Positions 24,981 through 38,199 of a stretch of DNA of 45,483 nucleotides are shown one piece after another. The DNA is taken from NCBI GenBank assembly GCA_010093995.1, contig ML992511.1, positions 62,849 to 108,331 on the forward strand. Reading direction: 5' to 3'. The stretch is from Elsinoe ampelina (Eukaryota). The translations under genes were made by a program, and so were the position numbers. Numbering within the stretch: position 1 is the first letter of the stretch; each line of letters opens with the position of its first letter. Under the pieces are notes generated by a model. The model was given only the letters and a program-made list of their open reading frames with translations, was not told the DNA's origin and did no database searches.

Positions 24981-27900
24981 TGTTAACCTATTAACTCTAT
25001 CTAATTATACTAAGACTAGTCTTAGACCCTAAGTACTATAGTTAGACATTAACTATATAATAACTATATAATAGATTATCTTTAACTATAGTTTATATAG
25101 AACTACTAAAGATCTTTATTTACCTCTATATTATTTTAAGTTAATTCTGTTATATATAGCTATAGATATAAGCTCTTAATTCTAAGGCTAAGATAATAAG
25201 TATAGTCTATCTAACACTTTCTATAGTTATAAGCCTAGTATTACTACTACTATAGAAAGACTAGTTACTTATTTCTTTAAGAACTTCTTTCTTATTATAT
25301 CCTCTATTAGCTCTTTAATTACTATACTATTGTCTTTATTCCCTAATAGACTATCTATAAGAGTAACTTATTATTACACTGTTTATTATAGACCTTTATT
25401 ATAGCAATTATGTTAGAATATATAAGCTATACTATCCTATTAGAGAAGCTAGTAGACTAGATAGTATAGATCTACTTAGTTAGAGTTAGAGTATAGGTAC
25501 TTAACATCTAGAACATTATTAATCTATCTTAACTAGTAGTACTATAACTACTATAAGCTCCTTAAAGAGAAGAAGATAAAGACATTAAAGAGTATAAAGA
25601 CAGAAGGATTAACTACCTATTAAAGAAGAAGGGACTTATAGAGATTATTAAATACATCTATAACAATCTTAGCTATATAGCTCTTTAAGTACTAGTAGTA
25701 GAACTAAGTAGTTATCTATATAATTAACTTAAAGCACTTAAGAAGTAGTTTTAATAGAAGACTATAGTACTTAGTTATATATATAAGTAATAGTTTAACA
25801 TTCTTACTAAAGGCCTATTATTACATTAGGACATATTAGTCTAGGCTAATACATAGATTAATCTTATTAGTTAGTGTAACTAATATTAATTTATATAGTT
25901 AAAAGGAATAGAACTATATTAAGTATTCCTTATTAGAGTATAAGACATTAGCTATATAGGTTACTAGGCAAGTATAAGGATTAACTATATCCTTAAGAAT
26001 AAAGAACTAAAAGACTTTATTAATATAGTTAAAGACTTTAAACTAGTATATATAGCATAAAATCTAGCTAAGATTACTAAAGGAGACATTTATATATTAG
26101 CCTTTATAACTAGATTAATAGACAAGTCTAAAGGCAAGAAGGAATTCCTAAAATGCCTTTATAAAGGACATTACTACTATAGCTAATACTTCTATATTAA
26201 TCTAGAGAAGCGCCCTCCTAGACTTACTATTAATAATAAGGAGCTACTTAATATTTAATAGAGAATTAACTCTAACTCTAAGCTTAAATTAACAATTAAG
26301 TAATTACTTAGGAAATATAAGGAAACTAAGCACTATAAAGGTTAATAAGCTTTAGAAAAGCTAGTAGTATTATTTGCTATAACTACTGCTATTTAATTAC
26401 CTAATAAGACAAGTAAGGAATTATTATAGTCTTTTATTATAGCTAAAGATAGTACTTAGTCCTCTTTATTATTTTTATTAGTTATACTAAGGCAAGCTAT
26501 ACCAATTTATAACTTATAGATCCTCGACTCTAGATTAATAGACTATATTACTAATAGTAGTATACTTTATAAATAGAAAAAGACTAGGGATATAAGCCCT
26601 AGAGATACACTATTTACTAGAAATGTCGCCTTACTAATTACTAGCTATAGCTAGATTACTATTAATAGACTTTATAACAAGTAGAGATATCTAATTATTC
26701 TTATAAATGTTATTATAATACTATCTTTTATAACTAACATTATTAGCCTCTATAAACTTATAGAGAAGTATATCTACTAGGACACTTAATTAATAACTCT
26801 TTATAGAGATATTAATTATTAACTAAGGGAATATATCTGTTCTATCTTTAAGAAGGCTAGACATTACCTTATCGAGGATAATATTAGTACTTTAACTTAG
26901 TATATAAGCTTATTTATAACATTAGTAGCCTCTATAATAAGGACACTAATATTATAGTATAATATTATAGCTTATCTATTAATAGAGGTTATTAAGTACC
27001 TTCTAATAAGTATATCTAGCTATAAGATAGCTAAACTACTTCTACCTTATATATTATTACTTAAAGATAAGTTACTATATAGCACTTATTTATAAACTTA
27101 AGTATATTAGCTAGTATTAAGAAAGCCTATATAAAAGGCTCTATCTACTAGGCTATTCTAAAGGCTTATATTTAATCTTATTATTACAAATAAGTAGTTA
27201 TATAATTAGCATAGAGTAATTAGTTATATCTCTTATAAATATACTAACTTTAACTTTATTAACATATACCCTAGTAAAGATATAGTAACTCTTAGTCTTA
27301 TTAAGAGAATTATATACATTATTAAGCATTATAATATAAGAATCTAATATCTTAGATATAATAATAAGATATTAATTATAAGAGTATAATATTACTAGCT
27401 CTTTATCTATAGTATTAAGGTTAAATAGTTAGCTACGTTAATCCCTAAGTAGAATAGCTATATAGAACAGGTAGGAGATGTTTTTACTATTAAGGCAAGA
27501 GCATTATAGATTTAGTTAGGTCTACTAAGTTATCTATAGCCTAAACTATATAAAATAGCTAGATACCTTATAAATAGAATACTAGTTAGAAAGCTTAACT
27601 AGAGTATACTATTATAAGTAGTTATAGGTTAACTACTAAATGTTTATTACCTACGACTAATTAGATATAAGGTATACTATCTTATTAAGACTAGAATTAA
27701 GTAAGGAGATAAGCTTATATCTCGTATAAATAAAGGTTACTTAGTTAGCTATAATTTAACTAACATCTTTAGAGTCTAGATTAACTACCTAAAAGGAGTA
27801 GTTAGGATTAGAGATGTAAGGTTTAATAAAATAGTCTTCTATAACTCTATAGATCTCTATATTCTACTATAGTACCTTTCTATTCTAACTATTAATATCT

Positions 27901-30226
27901 TTTAAGTAGAAGAAGATTAAGATTCTATCTATAATAGTACATATATAAACTTCCTAGAGGAACTTATAGAAGTAGTAAACATTACTAATAAACTACTAAT
28001 ATTAGTAGTATAGGACTTATTAAAGGAATTAATATTAAGGGGTAGACTTATAACTCTAGATCTATTATTAAAGGGTAAATTACTATTAGGATTTACTACA
28101 CTATCTAAGGACGTAGAAATCTAGGGTAACGACCTAGATGCTTTAGACTTATTATAGTTTAATATTATAGTTAATATATTAGAAGATAGAATAGAACTAT
28201 TATCTAAAATTATATTAGAAATCCTTCTAAGTAATATTATTATAATAAGGAGAACTAGAAAGAAGCGCTTAGCCTTCTCTATACTCCTTTATTAGACAGA
28301 AACTTAGCTAGATCTATAGGCTAGATACTATATAGCATTTAATATACATTTTACTACTAAATAAACTTAATAGTATAATCTTAAGGTTAATCTTTTCCCT
28401 ACACCTATAAACTATAAAGGGGTTTAAGGACATCTATATAAAGCTAGATTTATTAAGGCTATAGTTAAAGAGCTATAAAAGCTTAATAATAAGAATATAT
28501 AGGAGATTATTCTAATTAAGTAAGTTATAACTAACATAATACCTATAATATAGATATATATATATAAGACAAATAGTTAAGGTAAAGTCCTTACTAATAA
28601 ATTAAGACTCTATATTAGGGAAGATCTTTAATATACATAAAGTAAGACCTTTATAGTAACACTAGTATTAAAGGTTTTTAGGGTAATTCTTGTTATAATT
28701 ATATAGAAGGATCTTAACACTATTTAAATAGATACTATTAATACTTATATTAACTATAATATTAACGAGGAAGTCTATTATCTAATCCCTCTAGGATTTT
28801 ATTATTTTAAGTTAGACATTAATCTAGCTAAATATATACTTAAGCTAATTAAGGTACTCTATAGACTAAAATAGGTATCTCTTCTATAGTATAAGTACCT
28901 TACTATAACTCTCTTATCCCTTAGAATAATAGTTATTCTAGAAGTACTATACCTTTTCTATAAGGATAGAATCTAGCTCTTCTTCTTTATAGATAATATT
29001 ACTATTGCCTATCCGTAGGCACTTAAATAACAAGTAGAGGTACTATATACTTAACTCTATAAAGTATATAAGATAAAGAATCTTAGTGAACTTAACTAGT
29101 TCCTTTTAATTAACATTATAAGGGATAGATAAGGTAAGTACCTATATCTTAGCTAAGCTTAATATATTAAGAGCATCTATTAAAAGTTTATTAGGGATTA
29201 ACTACATAGACATTTTATAACTCCCTTACTAGATTACTATACATTTATTAAGTATAAGAGTTAAGTATTACTATAAGAGGTTTTTCTATTCTAGGAGAAA
29301 GTTAGTAGCCTTAACTTTGCTACTATTACTACTAGACTAGATATCTCTTTTATATGCTCTAGACTCTCTAAATATCTTAATAATCTATTACCTAAGCATT
29401 AAGAACTAGCTAATAGAGTTCTTATCTATCTATTTAATACTTAGGATGTTAAATTAATGTTTAACAATAACAACTTAGAATTATTACTTATTAGATGTTT
29501 AGATATGTTCTTTGCTAGTACTAAGAATTGTAAGAGTCTATAAGGATTTACTATTTACTTTAATAGTAACTATATTAACTAGAGAGCTAGTAAGTAATCT
29601 ATAGTTATAATATTATTAATAGAGGTAGAGCTCCTTACTCTAGCTAAAACTACTAAGTAAGCTATCTAGTAGTTAAGACTACTAAAATTACTAGAATTAA
29701 TTATAACTATAATTATTCTTTATAATAATACATAAACTATTTACCTTATTAAGTCTCTAATTAAGAAACTAGTTACTAAGCTACGCTATATTAATATTTA
29801 TAATTACTAGCTATAATAGAAGATCTCTAATAATAGATTTATTTTACTTTAACATATTAACACTAATAAGTATATAGCTAATAGACTTACTAAGTTACTT
29901 CTATCTCTAAAGCATAACAACTTTATAAAATAAGTCTTACTATACTAGTAACTATAGTATACTATAGTTACTAAAGAGGTATATTAACCTATTAACTCTA
30001 TCTAATTATACTAAGACTAGTCTTAGACCCTAAGTACTATAGTTAGACATTAACTATATAATAACTATATAATAGATTATCTTTAACTATAGTTTATATA
30101 GAACTACTAAAGATCTTTATTTACCTCTATATTATTTTAAGTTAATTCTGTTATATATAGCTATAGATATAAGCCCTTAATTCTAAGGCTAAGACAATAA
30201 GTATAGTCTATCTAACACTTTCTATA
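24981..30226 (+). mobile_element. Complete Ty1/Copia element 'Copia-B' (5246 bp), RIP-inactivated
   Basis: 245-bp LTRs (24981-25225, 29982-30226), TSD TATAG, PBS-like GTTATAAGCC at 25226, purine tract before the 3' LTR. Confidence 0.96.
25410..29950 (+). pseudogene. Copia-B gag-pol polyprotein
   Basis: ATG at 25410. De-RIP motifs WILDSG (26517), QNGxAE (~27450), KSRLCVRGDLQ (~28600), KALYGLK (28850), FVDDI (~28985), TEAEL (~29620), ADGLTK (~29877). Integrase precedes RT. Confidence 0.92.
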
Positions 30227-30793
30227 TATAGCTTTAAATTTAGTATAGGACTAGTAAGATATTAGAACTATAAGTTATATTAAAGACACTTTAAAATACT
30301 TAGTAGTACTAATAATATATAAGTTTTAATATTTCTAAAATTTATAACTAATTTTCTTAATAAATACTTAAAAAGAAGAAGTAATTTAAATTATATACTT
30401 TATATAGTTTAATATAATAGAGATAGTAGTAGTATTAAGCTCTTTTAGTAGATTAGTTTAAGAATTAGCTTAAAAACTAATATAACACTATATAAATTAT
30501 AATAGTAGCTATTTAATATTTCTTAAATTTGCTATAATAAACCTCTTAAAGCTAATATATAGCTAATTTAAATTATTAGAATCTAGAAAACTAAATATCT
30601 AATTACTAGTAGTAATTAAGCTTCTATAATAATAAAATTAGTAGTATATATAGATCTATAGAGTATCTAGCATTATAAATAATATTAGGCTAAGATATTA
30701 AGGCTTTATAGAGATATTACTAAAAAGGTAAAAAAAAAAAAAAATTTTATAAACTACTTATAGAGATAAACTACTCGTAGGTAAATTATATTA

Positions 30794-32657
30794 ATGTTAT
30801 ATATCTATAATTAATATACATCTATAAGTAACTTATATCTTGTTTTTTTTATATATATACTTTGTAACTATCTTTTCTTTTTATATAATAAATATTATAA
30901 TCTAAATTGTTTTATTATATATACTAAAGCTAATATCGCTACTACTCTAGATAACTATTAATACAAGCGATTTATCTCTCTAGATACTACTACTAACGTA
31001 TTTAAAATCTTACGTGTAATACTTTAATATTAATACTATAGCTAATAATTATAATATATATATAATAAAGAATACTAATTACTATCTCTAGCTAAAGAAT
31101 AGACACTTATAGCCTATATCCTTTAGCTTAATAGCCTTAGAATATCTATAATACCTTACTTTATCTATAAGCTTATTTATAAGATAGTTTAATATTAAAT
31201 ATATTAAATAGACTACTAACTTTCCTTATCTCTATTATAGCTAATTAGTTAAACATAGATATAATAACTATATAAATGTTATCTATAGATTAAGATAGCT
31301 TAGTTACGGTAGCTAGAGTCTTTACGCTATAAAGCTAAAACGTATAAGGCTATTATACTATTCTTTAATATATTATCTAACTTGTTTAAATAATATAACT
31401 ATCTACCTTTAGATATCTATAACCTCGACGAGGTAGGCGCTAGTGTTAGTTTAATATAATTAATATAGATAGTTATTAGTGCTAAAAATAACTAATACTA
31501 GAAGAAGGTTAGAAAGCGTATTATTAGCTAATAAGAGTAGATATTAATTCTAGAATATATATAAGCCTCTAGAAATATACTCTCTTTCCTTGTTATCTAT
31601 AAGGCTAAAAACCTTTAAATAAACTAGATTCTAGATCTATAGCTAGCTAGATAGCAATTCTTAATGTTAAATAAAGGCTAGATAAGTAACACGTACAATT
31701 TTAAGTAGTTATTAATAGTATTTAAGCCTAAAACACGTAACGTTAATAGCTATCGATGCCTTCTTATTCTAGATAGCTATAGCTTATACGTTATAGCTAT
31801 GTTTACCTTCTTCTATTTTAAGTATAATATTAACCTTATTATATTTTCTTCTTATATATTATATATTCTTTAACTACTTAACGTAGCCTATTTTTTACTA
31901 TTAAAGATAGCTCTTATAAGGGAGATCGATAATCTAATACGTCTCGATCTAGGCTAGATATACTATATATAGTAGACTAAGTTCTATATAAACGCTAGAA
32001 TTTATACTCTAATAGAAAAGAATATTAAAGCTAGCTTTAAATACTCTAGTATCTATCTAATAAGCCTTATTATAGTGCTTACTAATTTACTACACGAATT
32101 ATATAATTAACTAGCTATACCGACATAAACTAGCTAATCTAGCTAAAACGTCTTATAGTTAGAGTTACTATAATCCGGCGTAAGTTTATATATAGCTAAC
32201 TATAGTCTTAACGCGTATATAGCTATTATTAATATCGAAACACTAGTTAAGTAATATATTACAAAAATAATATTATAATTTAAATTATTAATAGTAGCCT
32301 TAGTACTACTATAACAGGAAGTTAAATAATAGTAGTAGCTTCTAGAGACGTATAAGTATAAGAAAAGTAGTAAGCGTATTACTATTAAAGGCTAGTTTGT
32401 CTTTAGTAAGCAAGAAATAATTAATATTCTTTATAAGGCTAAAGAAGAGACAAAGAAGAAGAAGAGAAAGAAGTATAAAAAAGTACCTATACTAATACCT
32501 ATACTAGAGGAATTAGAAGAGAAAGAGCTAATGCCTATAGAGTCTAATTCTAGAGACGAACTAGCTTAATTTAATAGAGCAATTATATAATTTACCTTAT
32601 TAATGCCTTTTTATATAAGTTACTTATAAATATATATTAGTTATAGATATATAACGT
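30794..32657 (+). mobile_element. Full-length pogo copy P3 (type A), heavily RIP-mutated
   Basis: 1864 bp, matching TIRs, TA flanks, colinear with 41982-43846. Confidence 0.93.
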
Positions 32658-33545
32658 TATTTAATTTATTTAAAAAATATAACTACTTCTCTTCTAACGT
32701 CTATAACCTTAATAAGGTAGGCGCTAGCGTCGGTTTAACTTAATTAATATAAGTTATTATTAATTTAGATAATACTCGTTATTAAAAGAAGACTAGAAAA
32801 CACGTTATTAGCTAATAAGAGTAGATATTAATCCTTAAGTATATATAAGTCTCTAGAGATACACTTCTTTCCTTTATTATATATAAGGCTAAAAACCTTA
32901 ATACACGCTAGATTCTAGACCTATAGCTAGCTAGATAGCAATTCTTAATATTAAATAAAGGCTAGATAAGTAATATATATAGTTATAAGTAGCTAATAAC
33001 TATCTTTAAGTCTAAAATATGTAACATTAATAGCTATTAACGCCTTCTTATTCTAGACAGCTATAGCTTATATATTATAGCTATATTTACCTTTTTCTAT
33101 TTTAAGTATAATATTAACCTTATTATCTTTCTACCTTATATGTTATATATTCTTTAGCCTTTTAATATGTCTTATTTTTTACTATTAAAGATAGCTCTTA
33201 CAATTAAGATTAATAATCTAATACGTTTTAATATAGGCTATAGACACTATATATAGTAGGCTAAATCTTATAAGTATACTAGAATATATACTCTAACTAT
33301 AAGAAATATTAAATCTAGTTTTAAATACTCTAGCGTCTATCCGATAAGCTCTATTATAGTGCTTACTAATTTACTACACGAATTATATAATAAATTGCCT
33401 AATTAGGCAATTACCCTAATAGAAACTAGCTAATTTAACTAAAGAGTCTTATAGTTAGAGTTATAACAATCTAGCGTAAGCTTATATATAGTTAACTATA
33501 GTCTTAATACGTGTATAGCTATCGTCGACGTCGAAATACTTATTA

Positions 33546-34277
33546 ATGTAATTTACCTACGAGTAGTTTATCTCTATAAGTAGTTTATAAAATTAGCTTT
33601 TTTTACTATTTTAGTAATATCTCTATAAAACCTTAATATTCTAGCCTAATATTATATATAATACTAGATTCTCTATACATCTATATATACTACTAATCTT
33701 ATTACTATAGAAGCTTAACTACTACTAGTATTTAGATCTTTAGTTTTCTAGATTTTATAACTTAAATTAGCTATATATTAGCTTTAAGAGAGTTATAATA
33801 AGAAATTTAAGAAACATTATATAGCTACTACTAAAATTTATATTATATTATATTATTCTAGTCTAAAATATATCTCTATTAAGAGATAATTTAGTTTTTA
33901 AGAACATTTAGCCTAAAAATAGAAATTTTTAAATTTTTAAGCTATTTTTTAGACTTAGCTACTATAAGAGCTTACTACTACTACTATCTACCTTATATTT
34001 AACTAAATATAGTAAATATTCTAGATTATCTCTTCTATATAAATATTTATTAAGAAAATTAGCAGTAAATTTTAGAAATCTAAAAGTCTATATTTTATTA
34101 GCACTACTAAGTTTTTTATAGTGTCTTTAATATAACTTATAGTTTTAATATCTTACTAGTCTTATATTAAATTTTAAGCTATATTAGCTATAGTTTATAG
34201 AGATATTACTAAAAAGGTAAAAAATTTCTTTTTTGTAAACTACTTATAGAAACGAACTACTTATAGGTAAATTACAT
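33546..34277. mobile_element. MITE copy 3 (732 bp), inserted at a TA in the P2 transposase
   Basis: Same TIRs as MITE 1; the flanks rejoin as transposase sequence. Confidence 0.9.
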
Positions 34278-34689
34278 TAAGTAATATATTATAAAAATGA
34301 TATTATAATTCGAATCGTCGATAGCGGCTTTAGCGCTATTATAACGAGAAGTTAAATAATAGTAATAGCTTCTTAAGATATATAAGTATAAGAAAAGTAA
34401 TAAGTATATTACTATTAAAGGCTAGTTCGTCTTTAGCGAGTAAGAGACTATCGATATTCTTTATAAGGCTAAAGAAGAGACAAAGAATAAGAAGTGTAAA
34501 AAGCATAAGAAATTACTTACGCTAGAGAATTTACTAGAGCCTAAGAAAGAGAAGAAGCTAGAGCCTATTAGTTATAATTCTAGAGATAAGCTAGCTTAGA
34601 TTAATAGAGTTATTAACTATTCTTATTTAAAAGTACTATTTTACATATACGACTTATAGACGTATATAACTTATAGACGCGTAATATTA

Positions 34690-35109
34690 TATATAAGTCT
34701 CTAGAGATATATATTCTTTCCTTATTATCTATAAGACTAAAAACCTTTAAACAAACTAGATTTCGAATCTATAGCTAGCTAGATAGTAATTCTTAACCTC
34801 GAATAAAGGCTAGACAAGTAATATATATAGTTTTAAGTAGTTATTAACTATATTTAAGCCTAAAATATATAACATTAATAGCTATTAACGCCTCCTTATT
34901 CTAGACAGCTATAGCTTATATATTATAGCTATATTTACCTTCTTCTATTTCGAGTATAATATTAACCTTGTTATATTTCTTTCTTATATATTATATATTC
35001 TTTAGCTACTTAATGTTATATGTTTTTTACTATTAAAGATAGCTCTTATAAGGGAGATTAATAATCTAATATATCTCGATCTAGGCTAGATACACTACGT
35101 ATAGTAGAC
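34690..35109 (+). mobile_element. Pogo P1 internal fragment 2
   Basis: Directly continues 23477-23560 across P2 (ATTCTAGAG|TA|TATATAAG). Confidence 0.85.
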
Positions 35110-35111
35110 TA

Positions 35112-35961
35112 ATATAATTTACCTACGAGTAGTAACTTATATCTCTATAAGTAGTATATATAAAATAGTACTAATAATATAAATTATATAATTACTCTAT
35201 CAGATTAAGCTAGTTTATCTTCTAAATTAGATAGTCGATCTAGTAGCTATTTCTCTTCTAATTCTTCTAGTGTAGTTAGTAGTATAAGTAATTTTTTACG
35301 CTTTTTGCTCTTCTTCTTCTTTAATACTACTTCGGCCTTATAAAGAATATTAATTGTCTCTTACTTACTAAAGATAAACCGGCCCTTAATAGTAATATAC
35401 TTACTACTTTTCTTACGCTTATATGTCTTAAGAAGCTACTACTATTATTTAATCTTACGCCGGAGTAGTATAAGAGATATTATTACTAATTTAAATTATA
35501 ATATTATTTTTAAGATATATTACTTAACTAGTGTTTCGACGTCGATAATAGCTATATATGTGTTAAGACTATAGTTAACTATACGTAAGCTTATACTAGA
35601 TTATAGCGACCTTAACTATAAGGTGTTTTAGTTAAATTAGCTACTTTCTATTAGAGTAATTGCCTAATTAGGCAATTTGTTATATAATTTATATAGCAAA
35701 TTAGTAAGCACTATAATAGGACTTATCGGATAGATTCTAGAGTGTTTAAAACTAGATTTAATATTCCTTATAGTTAGAGTATATTCTTATATATACGCGT
35801 AGGATTCGGCCTACTATATATACTATACTTAGCCTAGATTAAGGCGGAATAGGTTATTAATCTCTTTCGTAAGAGCTATCTTTAATAGTAAAAAACAAGC
35901 TATATTAAGTAGCTAGAGAATATATAATATATAAGGGAGAAATATAATAAGGTTAATATTA
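35112..35961 (-). mobile_element. Pogo P4 (type C TIR), 3' half
   Basis: TIR ATATAATTTACCTACGAGTAG after TA; transposase C-terminus on the minus strand. Confidence 0.85.
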
Positions 35962-35963
35962 TA

Positions 35964-37826
35964 ATATTATATATCTATAATTAATATATATCTATAAGCG
36001 ACTTATATTTTTTTTTTTTTTAATATATGTACTTCGTAACTATCCTTTCTTTTTACATAATAAATATTATAATTTAAATTATTTTATTATATATACTAAA
36101 GCTAATATTGCTACTACTCTAGATAGCTATTAATATAAGCGATTTATCTCTCTAAATACTACTACTAACACATTTAAAATTCTATATACGACACTTTAAT
36201 ATTAATACTATAGCTAATAATTATAATATATATATAATAAAGGATGCTAATTACTATCTCCGGCTAAAGAATAGACACTTATAGCCTATATCCTTTAGCT
36301 TAATAGCCTTAGAACACCTATAACGCTTTACTTTATCTATAAGCTTATTTATAAGATAGTTTAATATTAAATATGTTAAATAGACTACTAACTTCCTTTA
36401 TCTCTATCGTAGCTAATTAGTTAAATATAGATATAACAACTATATAAATATTATTTATAGATTAAGATAGCTTAGTTATAGTAGCTAGAGTCTTTACGCT
36501 ATAAAGCTAGAACGTATAAGACTATTATACTATTCTTTAATATGTTATTTAACCTGTTTAAATAATATAACTATTTACCTTTAGACGTCTATAACCTTAA
36601 TAAAGTAGGCGCTAGTATTAGTTTAACATAATTAATATAGGTAGTTATTAGTGCCGAAAATAACTAACACTAGAAGAAGATTAGAAAGTATATTATTAGC
36701 TAATAAGAGTAGATATTAATTCTAGAATATATATAAGCCTCTAGAAATATACTTCTCTCCCTTATTATCTATAAGGCTAAAAACCTTTAAACAAACTAGA
36801 TTCTAGATCTATAGCTAGCTAAATAGTAATTCTTAATGTCGAATAAAGGCTAGACAAGTAACACGTATAGTTTTAAGTAGTTATTAATAGTATTTAAGCC
36901 TAAAACACGTAACGTCGACGGCTATTAACGCCTCCTTATTCTAGATAGCTATAGCTTACACGTTATAGCTATATTTACCTTCTTCTATTTTAAGTATAAT
37001 ATTAACCTTATTATATTTCTCCCTTATATATTATATATCCTCTAGCTACTTAACGTTATATGTTTTTTACTATTAAAGATAGCTCTTATAATAGAGATTA
37101 ATAACCTCTAACGTCTTAATTCTAGCTAAATATACTATATATAGTAGGCCGAATTCTATATATACGTAAGGATATATACTCTAACTATAAGGAATATTAA
37201 ATCTAGTTTTAAATACTCTAGCATCTATCTAATAAGCCCTATTATAGTGCTTGCTAATTTACTACACGAATTATATAATTAATTAGTTACTCTAGTAGAA
37301 TAGGTCCTATCTAACAAAAACGTCTTATAGTTAGAGCTATAATCTAGCGTACTATTATATCTAGTTAACTATAATCTTAACGCGTATATAGCTGTCGTAG
37401 ACATCGAATTACTAGTTAAGCGATATGTCTTAAGAATAATGTTACGTTTAGAATTAATAACTATAGCTCTTACGTTATTACAGCGTAAAATTAAATAATA
37501 ATAATAGCTTCTTAAGACATATAAGTGTAAGAAAAGTAGTAAGCGTATTACTATCGAAGGCTATTTTATCTTTAGTAAGTAAGAAACAATTAATATCCTT
37601 TATAAAGCTAAAGAAGTAACAAAGAAGAAGAAGCAAAAAAAGTATAAGAAATTACTTATGCTAGAAGATACACCTAAGGAAGAGAAAGAAGAAGAGCTAG
37701 AGCCTATAGAGTCTAATTCTAGTAACGAATTAGCTTAATTTAATAGAGTAATTAAAGAAGTTACCTCGTTAATGCTATTTTACATATATAAACTTTAGAG
37801 GTGTATAAACTTCTAGTAAATAATAT
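35964..37826 (+). mobile_element. Chimeric pogo P5 (5' half type A, 3' half type B)
   Basis: 5' TIR and N-terminus match P3/P9; 3' half and TIR match 44040-44820. Confidence 0.85.
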
Positions 37827-37828
37827 TA

Positions 37829-38197
37829 TCTTAATAACAAGCTCTAGTGTAAAGTATAGCGTTATAGGCGTTCCTAAGCTATCGAGCTAGTTAAGATAGT
37901 TAATAAGTACTTCTTCTTTAGCTAGTAATAGTAATTAACGTAGTAGATTCTTTATAGTTTATAATTGTTGTCCTTATAATTGTCTATAGAGCGTTATAGG
38001 CGAAATACTAAACGCGTTAGTAGCCTTTCAAATTGAGTTATATTCTTCGTGTTAGTAGATATAGATAGCAGCCTAAATATTAGCTTTGGTATATATAATA
38101 AATAAATTTAAATTCTGATGTTTATTACGTAAGAAGGAAAGATAGTTATAAAATTAGCGCGCGTCGAAAAAAGGGGTCTATATTACTTATAGAGATA
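37829..38197 (-). mobile_element. Pogo P6: 5' end (HTH region and inner TIR), probably the same element as P4
   Basis: Minus strand de-RIP MYTEADIQAAI...AFGISPTTL...QLL...QLDSLGTP; inner TIR TATATCTCTATAAGTA shared with P4. Confidence 0.8.
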
Positions 38198-38199
38198 TA

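Larger units (their letters stand above)
24882..30791. mobile_element. MITE copy 2 (opposite orientation), interrupted by Copia-B
   Basis: 24882-24980 plus 30227-30791 is the reverse complement of MITE 1 with one short internal deletion. Confidence 0.9.
23563..34687 (+). mobile_element. Fot1/pogo transposon P2 (type E TIR), split into 23563-23982, 24721-24879 (inverted), 32660-33543 and 34280-34687
   Basis: Matching TIRs at 23563 and 34687 with TA on both sides; the four pieces rejoin into one in-frame transposase. Confidence 0.88.

Noticed and set aside
1..38000. Alternative genetic code or stop read-through suggested by abundant TAG/TAA
   Set aside because: Explained by RIP: stops fall at conserved Trp/Gln/Arg positions, and less mutated copies in the window retain TGG/CAG/CGA.
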